The position numbers were made by a program, and so were the translations under genes. Below are positions 1 to 8,205 of a stretch of DNA of 21,263 nucleotides, piece after piece. How positions within the stretch are numbered: the first letter of the stretch is position 1; every line of letters starts with the position of its first letter. The stretch is from a virus. Taxonomy: Duplodnaviria > Heunggongvirae > Uroviricota > Caudoviricetes. The stretch spans positions 135,427 to 156,689 of IMG/VR virus record IMGVR_UViG_3300035698_029829; one strand, 5' to 3'. Below the pieces are notes generated by a model, which worked only from the letters and a program-made list of their open reading frames with translations, was not told the DNA's origin and ran no database searches.

Positions 1-128
1 TCATCGCCGATCATGAAAATGGTGTCCTTGTTGTTGAACTGTATGAGAGACCCAACCGGATATTCGCTGAAGGGCCGATTCAAGATCTGATCACACTGCG
101 CATCCCGCTTAAATATCTGGTGATTCAT
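1..128 (-). CDS. Hypothetical protein, truncated by the window edge (MNHQIFKRDAQCDQILNRPF...)
   Basis: ATG at 128 overlaps the stop of the upstream gene (ATGA), is preceded by GGAGGG, and the frame is open to position 1. Confidence 0.6.
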   Translation of the reverse strand, partial: MNHQIFKRDAQCDQILNRPFSEYPVGSLIQFNNKDTIFMIGD

Positions 129-1135
129 TTTCCCTCCACTGTTGGATTCATCAGCGGATGATCGAGTATCTCTCGAAAGACCGCAATCGGCGTAGTAGCC
201 ACCGGTATGGGAGTCGCACTCTCGAATAGCCGTTCCACCAACTTATCGAAGAACTTCGGGTCCTTCGCCTCCAACACCTTGACGCGCTCTCGCAGGGGGT
301 CCCCGAGGTCCCACACGTCAGCATCGTCGCTAATCTCCTCTGGGTCGCCGCCTACCAACGTCAGCATCTCACGATAGCCCGCTGGAACTCGGCAGACTTT
401 CGCCAGATGATCTACAACCTTATCAAAGAGATCCCAGGCGTCGTCGTTCAGATCGAGTGACAGAACAAGATCCCAATCCTCTTGGGTGATCGGCGGCGCA
501 CCAAGAATAGGATACTCTGCCCACTGGCTTATGAAATTGGGTGGCGTACCAGCCTCCAACGCACCTTCGAAGCGTTCCGGTAATAGCCCCAAGTCGTAGG
601 CAATCTGAAACCGCCCAAACCGTCGGTACAAAGCCTGTGCGAAGGATTCAGCGGTCAGTGGCCCCAGACCGCCACTATCCCACACCTTTTCAGCAAGGTT
701 CCTCAGTTGAACCTTGAAAAGCGGGAAGCGTTCACACAAACCTTCAAGCTCGTCGTTCAAGTCGTTCGCCTCACAGGCGGTAGACAGATGGGTGTCCTTA
801 CGCCATTCCGGAGCCTCGTAGAGCCACAAGAACTTGGCGAGTAGCGGGTTAGGGGTTACGCTCGGAGTTTTAATACCCTCTTGAAGTCCCTTCAAAGCCT
901 CGCCTGCTTCTTGATCTCGGAAGGCGACCTCCTTTAGAAGAGTTACGAGGGCCGACCGATAGCGTTTAATGAACCGTTCGCTGATCGCAGGGACAAGACC
1001 AGCCTCCGCGCGCGAGATGTTCGCCTGCCAGACATGCGCATGGTTCGCGACGAGGACCTGCGAGAATTTGAACCTTTTTCGGATCGCGATCAAAGGGGCG
1101 AACATCTCCCATCTACGTGGCTTCAACGTCTTCAT
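125..1135 (-). CDS. XRE/Cro-CI-type HTH domain protein, 336 aa
   Basis: Start moved to the ATG at 1135 (GGAGG SD, downstream of the promoter). The N-terminus LIAIRKRFKFSQVLVANHAHVWQANISRAEAG fits the XRE HTH pattern. The C-terminal region is unrecognised. Confidence 0.7.
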   Translation of the reverse strand: MKTLKPRRWEMFAPLIAIRKRFKFSQVLVANHAHVWQANISRAEAGLVPAISERFIKRYRSALVTLLKEVAFRDQEAGEALKGLQEGIKTPSVTPNPLLAKFLWLYEAPEWRKDTHLSTACEANDLNDELEGLCERFPLFKVQLRNLAEKVWDSGGLGPLTAESFAQALYRRFGRFQIAYDLGLLPERFEGALEAGTPPNFISQWAEYPILGAPPITQEDWDLVLSLDLNDDAWDLFDKVVDHLAKVCRVPAGYREMLTLVGGDPEEISDDADVWDLGDPLRERVKVLEAKDPKFFDKLVERLFESATPIPVATTPIAVFREILDHPLMNPTVEGK

Positions 1136-1151
1136 ACAAACCTCCATCCCC

Positions 1152-1180
1152 TGCCTACCAAAGTCTAAGCGGTTTGTCAA
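1152..1180 (-). promoter_or_regulatory. sigma70-type promoter with weak -10 and no TGAACG operator
   Basis: CTC-TTGACA-AAC, 17-bp spacer, TGG-TAGGCA. Confidence 0.55.
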
Positions 1181-1401
1181 GAGTTTTCGCGTCTTAGCCA
1201 CCAGAAAAATTTTTTGGCGCATTTTTTTAACTCAAGGATTTTAAGATTTTTAACTCTCTATGCGCGCGGGAATGAGCAAGCGCGGCGTACGCGAAGCGGG
1301 TCAGCGCGATGACACCCCCCACTGGGGCGATTTTTTTCACACCGGCACGCTTTGACTCGGCGCGTCAATTTTTTCTGAGTATAGGGGAGAAAAGGTGGTT
1401 T

Positions 1402-1445
1402 GCCCTCCTCCTCCTCCCGCTGAATACGGGCACTCGGAGGAGGGC
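1402..1445 (-). terminator. GC-rich stem-loop after gene 1452..2144, possible terminator
   Basis: 10-bp stem GCCCTCCTCC/GGAGGAGGGC with an inner CCCG/CGGG hairpin. The U-tract is not directly adjacent. Confidence 0.35.
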
Positions 1446-1451
1446 GGTAGG

Positions 1452-2144
1452 CTATTGGGTGGGGCTCACTTGAAGCCGGGTGACCGGCTTGTACTCGTAT
1501 TGGGGTTGACCGTCGTCGTCGCGGCCGACGAGCGCGAAAACGCGCACCCAGTCGCGAACGAATAGCTTGGCCCGCCGTCCGGTGCCCTTGATCTCGGAGC
1601 CCAAGCGACTGAAAATGGTTCCAGTGCGCTTGGCGGTGCCGTCGGCCCGATCCACATAAATGGGGAACCGTGTTTTGCACGCGCCGTATTCTTCGAGCAG
1701 GAGGGCTCGCACCTCGGCCAAGGTTGCGCATGGAGTCACGGTCTTGTCGCCACGCCGCTGCCAATTCTTTCCTCGGCCAGGTCGCCTCACGGTGTGAACC
1801 ACCTCGACCAAGAAAGCGGGGTCGTCGACTGGATCGTCGTCGGCCTCGGGGTCCCACTCCAGGACGCCGTTGTCGTCGAAGCCGTCGGGGCCGGTCCACT
1901 CGTTTATGGGGGTGAAGCCGCCTATGACGAGACCCATGTCGTCGTGGTGCCAGACGATCTCTTGCCCATCGATCTTCTCGCGAAGATCACCGGAGCCTTC
2001 ACTCGCTCCGAAGGCACGTGCTAAGGCACGCACACCGTGTCCGCTTCCGATGTGTGCAACGCGTTCACCCTTGAAGGCCAGAGTCCACAGACCGCTCATG
2101 GGGTGACCACTCAGGCCGCTGATTATGTCTCGGTAGAACTTCAT
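1452..2144 (-). CDS. Hypothetical protein, 230 aa
   Basis: Long ORF, AAGGAG SD, ATGA overlap with the upstream gene. Confidence 0.85.
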   Translation of the reverse strand: MKFYRDIISGLSGHPMSGLWTLAFKGERVAHIGSGHGVRALARAFGASEGSGDLREKIDGQEIVWHHDDMGLVIGGFTPINEWTGPDGFDDNGVLEWDPEADDDPVDDPAFLVEVVHTVRRPGRGKNWQRRGDKTVTPCATLAEVRALLLEEYGACKTRFPIYVDRADGTAKRTGTIFSRLGSEIKGTGRRAKLFVRDWVRVFALVGRDDDGQPQYEYKPVTRLQVSPTQ

Positions 2145-2404
2145 GTTCGGCTCCTTCTTTGATGCTGCGGTTGACTGAGTTTGTGGTTGCGCTGGCTCAC
2201 GGGGCCGTGCGGTAGGTTCAAGCCGGTAGAGCGCTTGAAGGCGCGCCGCAAGGTTCTCACCTCTACGATCTTGTCGTGTTGGTGGTTACAACAACTGGTA
2301 TCGAGCTTGGGTGCCTGGGTACAGAAGTCACCGAAATCTCGGCAAACTGTGTACTTGCGAACCAGTTCGTCCAGTTGGTTGGGAGCAGGGTTTATTCGTT
2401 TCAT
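2141..2404 (-). CDS. Hypothetical protein, 87 aa
   Basis: GAGAGGA SD before the ATG at 2404; first gene after the promoter at 2434-2462. Confidence 0.65.
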   Translation of the reverse strand: MKRINPAPNQLDELVRKYTVCRDFGDFCTQAPKLDTSCCNHQHDKIVEVRTLRRAFKRSTGLNLPHGPVSQRNHKLSQPQHQRRSRT

Positions 2405-2433
2405 GCTTGATTCCTCTCTCATCTTGTAAGCCT

Positions 2434-2486
2434 ATTATATCAGAACTTGCAAGGTTTGTCAAGAGGAAATGAACGGCTTCGTTCAT
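2434..2486 (-). promoter_or_regulatory. Consensus sigma70 promoter plus upstream inverted-repeat operator
   Basis: TTGACA (2462-2457), 17 bp, TGA-TATAAT (2439-2434). IR ATGAACG-AAGC-CGTTCAT at 2469-2486. Confidence 0.9.
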
Positions 2487-3040
2487 TATTTTACGTCGAT
2501 GGTCAGAACCACGGTCGGTTTGTCGTCCACGGTCTCCAGCTTCACGTCGCCGATCTTCAGGCTCGACTGGCGGTCCTCGATGACGGCGGTTCGAGCTGCG
2601 TCGGTTAAGGCCACCTGGAGCACCGTTTCGGGGTCGCCACCTGCCACGAGTGTGAAGAGGGGTGTAACCAGGTCGAGGACCTTTTGGGTCGCCTCGGGTT
2701 TGGCTTCGGGTACAACTTTGGGCTCGATCCACTGACCACGGGAAAGGGCGGTATGCTTAATCCAATTCAGGTTGTTTGGATCGTCGGTTCGACCAAACTT
2801 TGTCTGAATGGCTTCCATGAAGCCCAGGTACTCAGCGTAAGTACAGTTGTCGTCGAGGAACTGATTCTCGATTCCGGCGGTAACGTAGCAGAATCCGCAC
2901 ATCTTCTGTCCGGAGCCGTTCTCCCCCTGGCCGGTGTCGCGGGTACTCTTGCCGCACTTGGTGCACGTATAGGCACTGTTGGGGGCCTCGGAGGAAAATG
3001 TCGTCGTAGTACCGGTGCTATCGTCTTTCATTTCGGGCAT
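2486..3040 (-). CDS. Hypothetical protein with a CxxC...CxxC Zn-finger-like motif, 184 aa
   Basis: AAAAGGAG SD before the ATG at 3040; motifs CTKC and CGFC. Confidence 0.8.
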   Translation of the reverse strand: MPEMKDDSTGTTTTFSSEAPNSAYTCTKCGKSTRDTGQGENGSGQKMCGFCYVTAGIENQFLDDNCTYAEYLGFMEAIQTKFGRTDDPNNLNWIKHTALSRGQWIEPKVVPEAKPEATQKVLDLVTPLFTLVAGGDPETVLQVALTDAARTAVIEDRQSSLKIGDVKLETVDDKPTVVLTIDVK

Positions 3041-3064
3041 GGCCACTCCTTTTACGATCTTTGA

Positions 3065-3214
3065 AGACCCGATGCGAGGCGGCTTAGGCACCCCGCCTAA
3101 ACACCTGACCGCCCGTCAACTTGCCGCGTAGCTGCTGATCTCAGTCGTAGCCCCCGGCAGGAGGTTGCACTCCTGAAGCAGCTTCCCGCTTATCGGCCTG
3201 AGCTGATTCACGGC
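3065..3214 (-). ncRNA. Candidate structured RNA or leader
   Basis: Non-coding gap downstream of a strong promoter with nested stems: GCCGTG/CGCGGC, AGCTGCT/AGCAGCT, CAGGAG-TGCAAC-CTCCTG and TTAGGC-GGGGT-GCCTAA. No family recognised. Confidence 0.3.
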
Positions 3215-3312
3215 TAAAGACGTTTTTCAGCCTCCTTCTTCTCTTCCAAACGCTGCCGCGCTTCACCCCACATCAAGTCATCAAAGATCGTGTTCTTCTC
3301 ATTTACAGCCTT

Positions 3313-3366
3313 ATTATACTAAATAATGAGAGTTTTGTCAAGAGGAAAGTGAACGCTCTTATTCAC
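3313..3366 (-). promoter_or_regulatory. sigma70 promoter plus inverted-repeat operator
   Basis: TTGACA (3341-3336), 17 bp, TATAAT (3318-3313). IR GTGAATA-AGAG-CGTTCAC at 3349-3366. Confidence 0.9.
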
Positions 3367-4028
3367 TTACCCTTGGGCTTGTCCAACTTGGCTTCTCGCT
3401 GAGCTACGGCCGCCTCACGAGCCTTCAGAACTTCATCGCGCTCGCGCATCTTCTGAGCCTGGCTGCGCTGGCTCTCAGTGTCGTAGGCCAGCATCTCGAT
3501 CCGATGATAGAGCGGCTCCTCCTTTTTAATTTTAGTCCCGACGCTTAAAATTGTCTTCCCAGCCAGATCCAAGGGAAGGTGCTGCTCGATGTACAGCATG
3601 TGACCGGCCAGTTTGTACGACACATGCCCTTCGTCCCCATGATCTGTCCAAACCTCGGCGACGAGCAGCTCGCAATTATGGTACGCACCCAGGTTGGGAC
3701 CGCTCAGCAAACCGTCATCAAGTGCCTTGCGGGCAGCCTTCGGTATCCGCATTTGCAGCTCGTGGAAAGTCATGAACTCGCCGTGGTGGTCGTAGAGACC
3801 GGTTTGATAGACACGGCCAGTCGCCAGCCGCAGGGGATTGCCGATCTTACGACTGTTCCCTTCGTCGTCGGTGGGATGTAGTACGAACTCGGTCGGCAGG
3901 TCGAAAGTGAAGAATCGCCCAGACCGTAGTAGCTCGCCCAGCCAGGGCGGCGCAGGTTCGTGCGCTCGGTACAGGACATTTAAGTCCAGCAAGGTAGGGT
4001 GTACCGGCTTCTCAGATTTCTTGGTCAT
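3363..4028 (-). CDS. Hypothetical protein with a C-terminal coiled-coil tail, 221 aa
   Basis: Long ORF with GAGGGGAG SD; the stop codon lies inside the operator IR. Confidence 0.85.
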   Translation of the reverse strand: MTKKSEKPVHPTLLDLNVLYRAHEPAPPWLGELLRSGRFFTFDLPTEFVLHPTDDEGNSRKIGNPLRLATGRVYQTGLYDHHGEFMTFHELQMRIPKAARKALDDGLLSGPNLGAYHNCELLVAEVWTDHGDEGHVSYKLAGHMLYIEQHLPLDLAGKTILSVGTKIKKEEPLYHRIEMLAYDTESQRSQAQKMRERDEVLKAREAAVAQREAKLDKPKGK

Positions 4029-4029
4029 G

Positions 4030-4398
4030 TCATCTCCCCTCACTGAGAATGGTCATACCAAGGGTACAACAACGCTCGCCGCTCCGTAGCACCACATCTG
4101 ACTGAGACTGCCCGATCACTTCCACCAGGAAACCTTCGTCATTCACGAGATGCGCCATCTTTTTCCTCGCTTGCGTCCATGTATCAGCCTCCACCGTCAA
4201 GATTGTTATCTTTTTCGGTGTTTCCTCCTCAATGTTCTTCGAGCGTCGCTCCAACTCCGCTGTCAGCGCCTCCGCCTCGGAGTGAGCCACCTCCAGGCAC
4301 TTGACAAGCCATCCTCCCCCATCGCCTTCGCGCTCCATCGCCTCGGCCAACTGCTGTTGGGCCTTCGCCTTCGCTGATTCAGTGATCTTAACCATCAT
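4030..4398 (-). CDS. Hypothetical protein, 122 aa; C-terminal module paralogous to 4434..4628
   Basis: Start moved to MMVKIT (4398). Shares the TW...QSQSxVVL..G...L.MT.LSE module with its neighbour. Confidence 0.75.
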   Translation of the reverse strand: MMVKITESAKAKAQQQLAEAMEREGDGGGWLVKCLEVAHSEAEALTAELERRSKNIEEETPKKITILTVEADTWTQARKKMAHLVNDEGFLVEVIGQSQSDVVLRSGERCCTLGMTILSEGR

Positions 4399-4433
4399 CG
4401 TCTTCTTTCTGCACACATATGTGCCAGCTTGAT

Positions 4434-4628
4434 TTACTCCGCCTCGCTGAGGACGGTCATCGTCAGGACACACCGGCATTTGCCGTTTGGCAGGACCACC
4501 TCCGACTGGGATTGAGCGAGCACCCGGACGGGTTCCTTCCTCGCCAGGAGACGCAGCATTTCGTCGCCTGCCTCCTTCCATGTTGGTTCCGTGGCCATCA
4601 ATATCCATAACTTGTCTTTCGCGCTCAT
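4434..4628 (-). CDS. Hypothetical protein, 64 aa; paralogue of the 4030..4398 C-terminus
   Basis: GAGGAGG SD, ATGA overlap, shared module. Confidence 0.75.
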   Translation of the reverse strand: MSAKDKLWILMATEPTWKEAGDEMLRLLARKEPVRVLAQSQSEVVLPNGKCRCVLTMTVLSEAE

Positions 4629-5062
4629 CGTGCCCTCCTCGCTTCCACGTCCTTGAAGGTGACATGACGTTCCACGACTCCAGCCTCCTCAGCTTTCCGG
4701 ATGCGTCCCAAAAGGGGAGCCCAGTACAAACTGGTCGAGAAGTGGTCCATCACGGTTATGGTCTCATCCGGCAAGTCTTCGATGATTGACTCCAGCATGG
4801 GAGATGGGACCAAGAACATGGCCAACATGAGGTTGCCGTAGGTCTCAAGGGCCGCCTCCCAGGTGATCGGATACGGTAGCTTTGCGGCGCGCCTGGTAGC
4901 CAACTTGGCGGCGGCGTGTAGAAACCGCGCCAACAGAGGCCGGTCTTCGGCCGCCAGCCGGACGATCTCTAATTGGGTGGCGTGCGACAAGCGCGCCGGA
5001 TCGTGATCCGTCGTACCTGGCACACGTCTCAACAGGTCCCTGGGGGTGATCCGAGTATTCAT
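4625..5062 (-). CDS. Hypothetical protein, 145 aa
   Basis: Start moved to MNTRIT (ATG 5062, GAGAGGTGG SD, ATGA overlap). Confidence 0.75.
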   Translation of the reverse strand: MNTRITPRDLLRRVPGTTDHDPARLSHATQLEIVRLAAEDRPLLARFLHAAAKLATRRAAKLPYPITWEAALETYGNLMLAMFLVPSPMLESIIEDLPDETITVMDHFSTSLYWAPLLGRIRKAEEAGVVERHVTFKDVEARRAR

Positions 5063-5517
5063 AGTCCACCTCTCTCGGCGAACTCTTTCAGGGAGATCTC
5101 CTTGTCCGGCACGAAGATCACGGCGTCCTGAACCTCGTAGTCGAACCGGTAGAACGATCCTTCGCCGTGCTTTTCCAGGGCGGCGTGGATACGCCGGGTC
5201 CCGCCATCGGTGACCTTGAGCTTCATTCCTTGATCGCCCATCCGGACGCCCACATGAAAGCGTTGTACCTCTTTGGCGGTGTAGACCTTGATCTCGGCCA
5301 GATCGGTTATGACCTTGGTCGGCTTGTTCCCTGCTTTCCACGACGGCTTCAGGTAGGGCTTCCCCTCGGGGGTCAACGCCGGGGATGACCAGGACATATC
5401 GGGGTCGGACAAGTCAACGCTCTCCCAAACGGCGACGCCGCCTCGATTCGCGATCCAATCCAGGAACTTCGCGGCATTCTCGGCCGCGCACTCGTGTCTG
5501 TATTTATTCGTTGTCAT
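5059..5517 (-). CDS. Hypothetical protein, 152 aa
   Basis: GGAGAGG SD and ATGA overlaps on both sides. Confidence 0.85.
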   Translation of the reverse strand: MTTNKYRHECAAENAAKFLDWIANRGGVAVWESVDLSDPDMSWSSPALTPEGKPYLKPSWKAGNKPTKVITDLAEIKVYTAKEVQRFHVGVRMGDQGMKLKVTDGGTRRIHAALEKHGEGSFYRFDYEVQDAVIFVPDKEISLKEFAERGGL

Positions 5518-5828
5518 GACCTCTCCTTTTTCTGCGGCTTACCATCTTTCCATTGAAAACCAAACAATTTTACGCCACCTGGTACTGCCGATAAAATCGC
5601 CAAACCACGCGCCAAATCGTTGAATGCTTTTGCTGACCGTCCCTTTTCTTTCTTTGTTTTTGGGGCGTGAAACAGGTACTCACCGAAATGCGCCAAATCT
5701 GAAGCAATTTTCCCCGTTTCGCCGGATGAAAGGAATTCACCCAACGTATCTGGCAACTTGAGTTGATTGAACCACATCGGCACAGCTACCTGAAGTAGAT
5801 CAACCAACATTGTCTGTTGCTCATTCAT
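5514..5828 (-). CDS. Hypothetical protein, 104 aa (lower GC)
   Basis: GGAGA SD, coupled to both neighbours. Confidence 0.8.
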   Translation of the reverse strand: MNEQQTMLVDLLQVAVPMWFNQLKLPDTLGEFLSSGETGKIASDLAHFGEYLFHAPKTKKEKGRSAKAFNDLARGLAILSAVPGGVKLFGFQWKDGKPQKKERS

Positions 5829-6532
5829 GATTTCTCCAGGAGACTATTTTCCTTGGCCACTTGGCCGGGGTGTCCTTCTAGGTAAGCGAGATAAGCGATC
5901 TTTTCGCTGTTGTTGGTTCGCACACACACCCCGCAGATGATCTCGGAGTTATCGTTGATGTAGTACTCGGCTTGCCAGAAACGGGAGTCCGCGCTCGTCC
6001 GTATGATCTTGGAGCATCGGTGGCACGTGTCATACCCGTCGGAGAAAACGCACTCGCCGATGGGCAGACCCAGCGGCCCGGCTACGAAGTCGGCGTCGTC
6101 GGGGGTGTCGTCGCCCAGGTTAACCGCGTCGCCCAACTCCGTGCGCGCTTCCTCCAGGAGGCAATACAGATCGGAGCACAGGCGTTCCTTTTTGTTGGCG
6201 TAGAACCACAGGGTAGCCTCGCGCAGAAGATCCAAGGCAATTTGGGTTGTCCAGTCGTGAACGATCACGAGCTGCTCGTCGTCGTGATCTTTGCCGACGA
6301 AGGCGATCCCTTCGTGATCTCCGAAATTGGGGGTCTCAGGATCGGACGGCCCTTCCACACCAAGGAGAACACCCTGCCCGGGCACACGGTGATCGGCGAC
6401 CACGGTATTCAGGTAAGCCAACGCCAGCGCCTGGCCCTCGTTGAAGTGAGAGTTGTACTCATCCTTCTCGTGGGAACCGATGCGATCCTTGAGGAATTTC
6501 AAGGTGTTAGCCTGAATCGGGTTTGTTGTCAT
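5825..6532 (-). CDS. Hypothetical protein with C-terminal CxxC...CxxC motifs, 235 aa
   Basis: Start moved downstream of the promoter (ATG 6532, GAAGGA SD); motifs CHRC and CGVC. Confidence 0.85.
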   Translation of the reverse strand: MTTNPIQANTLKFLKDRIGSHEKDEYNSHFNEGQALALAYLNTVVADHRVPGQGVLLGVEGPSDPETPNFGDHEGIAFVGKDHDDEQLVIVHDWTTQIALDLLREATLWFYANKKERLCSDLYCLLEEARTELGDAVNLGDDTPDDADFVAGPLGLPIGECVFSDGYDTCHRCSKIIRTSADSRFWQAEYYINDNSEIICGVCVRTNNSEKIAYLAYLEGHPGQVAKENSLLEKS

Positions 6533-6560
6533 TTGTTCGTTTCCTTCATCGTGTAATCCC

Positions 6561-6613
6561 ATTGTACCATAACTCACCTAGTTTGTCAAGAGGAAGTGAA
6601 CGGGGCCGTTCAT
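6561..6613 (-). promoter_or_regulatory. sigma70 promoter plus inverted-repeat operator
   Basis: TTGACA (6589-6584), 17 bp, TGG-TACAAT (6566-6561). IR ATGAACG-GCCC-CGTTCAC at 6596-6613. Confidence 0.9.
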
Positions 6614-6807
6614 TCATCAGCGCCGTCCTCCGTTACGTCCTTCATGCAAGGACACTCCTCAGCGACGATCTTGAGCTTTTCAAGCTCGACCCTCTGCGAC
6701 GAGGAAAGGCCAGTATCGACATTAACAATGTCGTCGCATGGCCCCAGGAAGAACGCTATCGCCACCGCGCACAGAGCTATGACCACTACGGCCGTCCACT
6801 TATCCAT
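6610..6807 (-). CDS. Small membrane-anchored or secreted protein, 65 aa
   Basis: AAAGGAG SD; N-terminal hydrophobic stretch WTAVVVIALCAVAIAFFLG. Confidence 0.7.
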   Translation of the reverse strand: MDKWTAVVVIALCAVAIAFFLGPCDDIVNVDTGLSSSQRVELEKLKIVAEECPCMKDVTEDGADE

Positions 6808-6827
6808 CGTCCCTCTCCTTTCAATTA

Positions 6828-7802
6828 TTACGCCTTCCGCCCGTTCGGATCAACGTACCAACCGCCCGAGACGAGGTCATCGCGGATGGCCATATCCCAG
6901 CCAACACCGCGCGCCTTCAGTTCATCGAGGGTCCCAGGTTCCTTACCCAGGATAATCTCAGTTCCGTCGACACTCGTCACGTATCGCAGCTCAGTGGTCA
7001 CCTCATCGATGAAGTTGTAAAGCCGGTCACCCTGCTGGTAGTCGAACCTCATACCGTTTTCATCCCACTCCTCGTTGGTCACGGGCACCCATCCGGGGCT
7101 TAGGTCTTTCTTCGACACCTCGGTAGGCTTCCCGTGCTCATTTTCGATGGTGATCCTGTCGGTTTGCCGGTCAAAGTCGAGGACGCGTAGCTTCCCCAAC
7201 AACTTCCACCCACACGAGGTTTTCTCTCCCCGAGATAGAATGCTATCCTTGGTCGGCACCAACGCCCGGCCGTACCAATCCGGCAGATCGAAGCGGAGGC
7301 GGTAGAGCGGAGCCCAGTACGCTTCGAAAAAGTCGAAGCCGCCTGCGTCGATGCCTAACAGATGGCCGAAGTCGCCATTGTAGACGTAGAAACCCAGGCT
7401 GGTGATCTCGCTCACGTGGTCTTTCACCCACTCATCGTCGGTTGCCTGTGCCATCCAACCCCATGCCGCCGGATAGGCGTACTCAGGATAGGCTTGGGAC
7501 AGGTCGTATTCGTCCTCAAAGTCTTCGGAGCACTCTGGACAGCGGGCGAACAGATCTTCATCCTCGGGGAGGTCCGCCTGGAACTCGTCAAGACCGGCCT
7601 TGTGACCGCAGTGCGGGCACTCGCGGTTCGGAGAACCAACCAACTCCAGCACATCCCCACAGTGCGTGCCGTCGGCCAAGCAAAGGCCCTCCTCGGCGGC
7701 GCGATGGGCTTGGGCAATCAGGCCGGTGGGGATCATGGCGAAGTCGCGGTCTACCCACCGACGAACTTTCGTGTCGAAGTCATGGTGTAATTCTCTGTAC
7801 AT
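6828..7802 (-). CDS. Hypothetical multi-domain protein with a Zn-ribbon (CPHC...CPEC), 324 aa
   Basis: AAAGGAG SD, first gene after its promoter; conserved-looking core GIDAGGFDFFEAYWAPLY. Confidence 0.9.
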   Translation of the reverse strand: MYRELHHDFDTKVRRWVDRDFAMIPTGLIAQAHRAAEEGLCLADGTHCGDVLELVGSPNRECPHCGHKAGLDEFQADLPEDEDLFARCPECSEDFEDEYDLSQAYPEYAYPAAWGWMAQATDDEWVKDHVSEITSLGFYVYNGDFGHLLGIDAGGFDFFEAYWAPLYRLRFDLPDWYGRALVPTKDSILSRGEKTSCGWKLLGKLRVLDFDRQTDRITIENEHGKPTEVSKKDLSPGWVPVTNEEWDENGMRFDYQQGDRLYNFIDEVTTELRYVTSVDGTEIILGKEPGTLDELKARGVGWDMAIRDDLVSGGWYVDPNGRKA

Positions 7803-7831
7803 GAAATCTCCTTTCGTTTATCCTCAATTGC

Positions 7832-7884
7832 ACTTTAGCAAAACGTAGGAGGTTTGTCAAGGACAAATGAACGAGGTTGTTCAT
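7832..7884 (-). promoter_or_regulatory. sigma70 promoter plus inverted-repeat operator
   Basis: TTGACA (7860-7855), 17 bp, TGC-TAAAGT. IR ATGAACA-ACCT-CGTTCAT at 7867-7884. Confidence 0.85.
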
Positions 7885-8098
7885 TTTTTTGTTCGTCCTC
7901 TGTATCCTGTACCTACGCGCGCACACGCGCACGCATCGCGTGCGAGGCAACCGCCCACCGATGTTCAACCGACGCTGGAACGTCACGGCGGCAAAAGTGA
8001 ACACAAGTGACGCTCAAACTACCATCGTAAGTATCGAGAAAATAGTGTGTTTCGAAAAAGTGAAAACTATTTTTTGAAGTCGTTGGGCTAGGTGGTAA

Positions 8099-8123
8099 GG
8101 TATAGTGGCGGAGCCACTATGCC
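8099..8123. repeat. Hairpin GGTATAGTGGC-GGA-GCCACTATGCC
   Basis: 8 perfect bp, plus 3 more with one G-T pair, and a 3-nt loop, in a non-coding gap. Confidence 0.6.
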
Positions 8124-8205
8124 TACGATCAGTAGATGGCAAACTATAGATGGGTAATCCGGTAGTTCGAAAGATGGCAGCCTGACGAAGGGGCAGCCTG
8201 GTAAC

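Noticed and set aside
1136-1222. Upstream ORF-track extensions (also 10210..10338, 6533..6577, 20583..20707, 4399..4665, 5063..5341)
   Set aside because: They run through promoters or neighbouring genes; SD-supported internal starts were chosen instead.
2360-2404. MKRINPAPNQLDEL as a third copy of the MSRINPFHPLNDLL leader
   Set aside because: Only RINP is shared, there is no LAE site, and the gene lies in a different regulatory context; probably chance.
3150-3190. GGGAAG...GTGCAAC as a cobalamin riboswitch or tRNA T-arm
   Set aside because: The remaining core (B12 box, acceptor/D/anticodon arms) is not recognisable; kept only as an unassigned structured RNA candidate.
6610-6807. Lipoprotein or o-spanin
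   Set aside because: FLGPC is not a canonical lipobox, and there is no adjacent spanin or lysin context.
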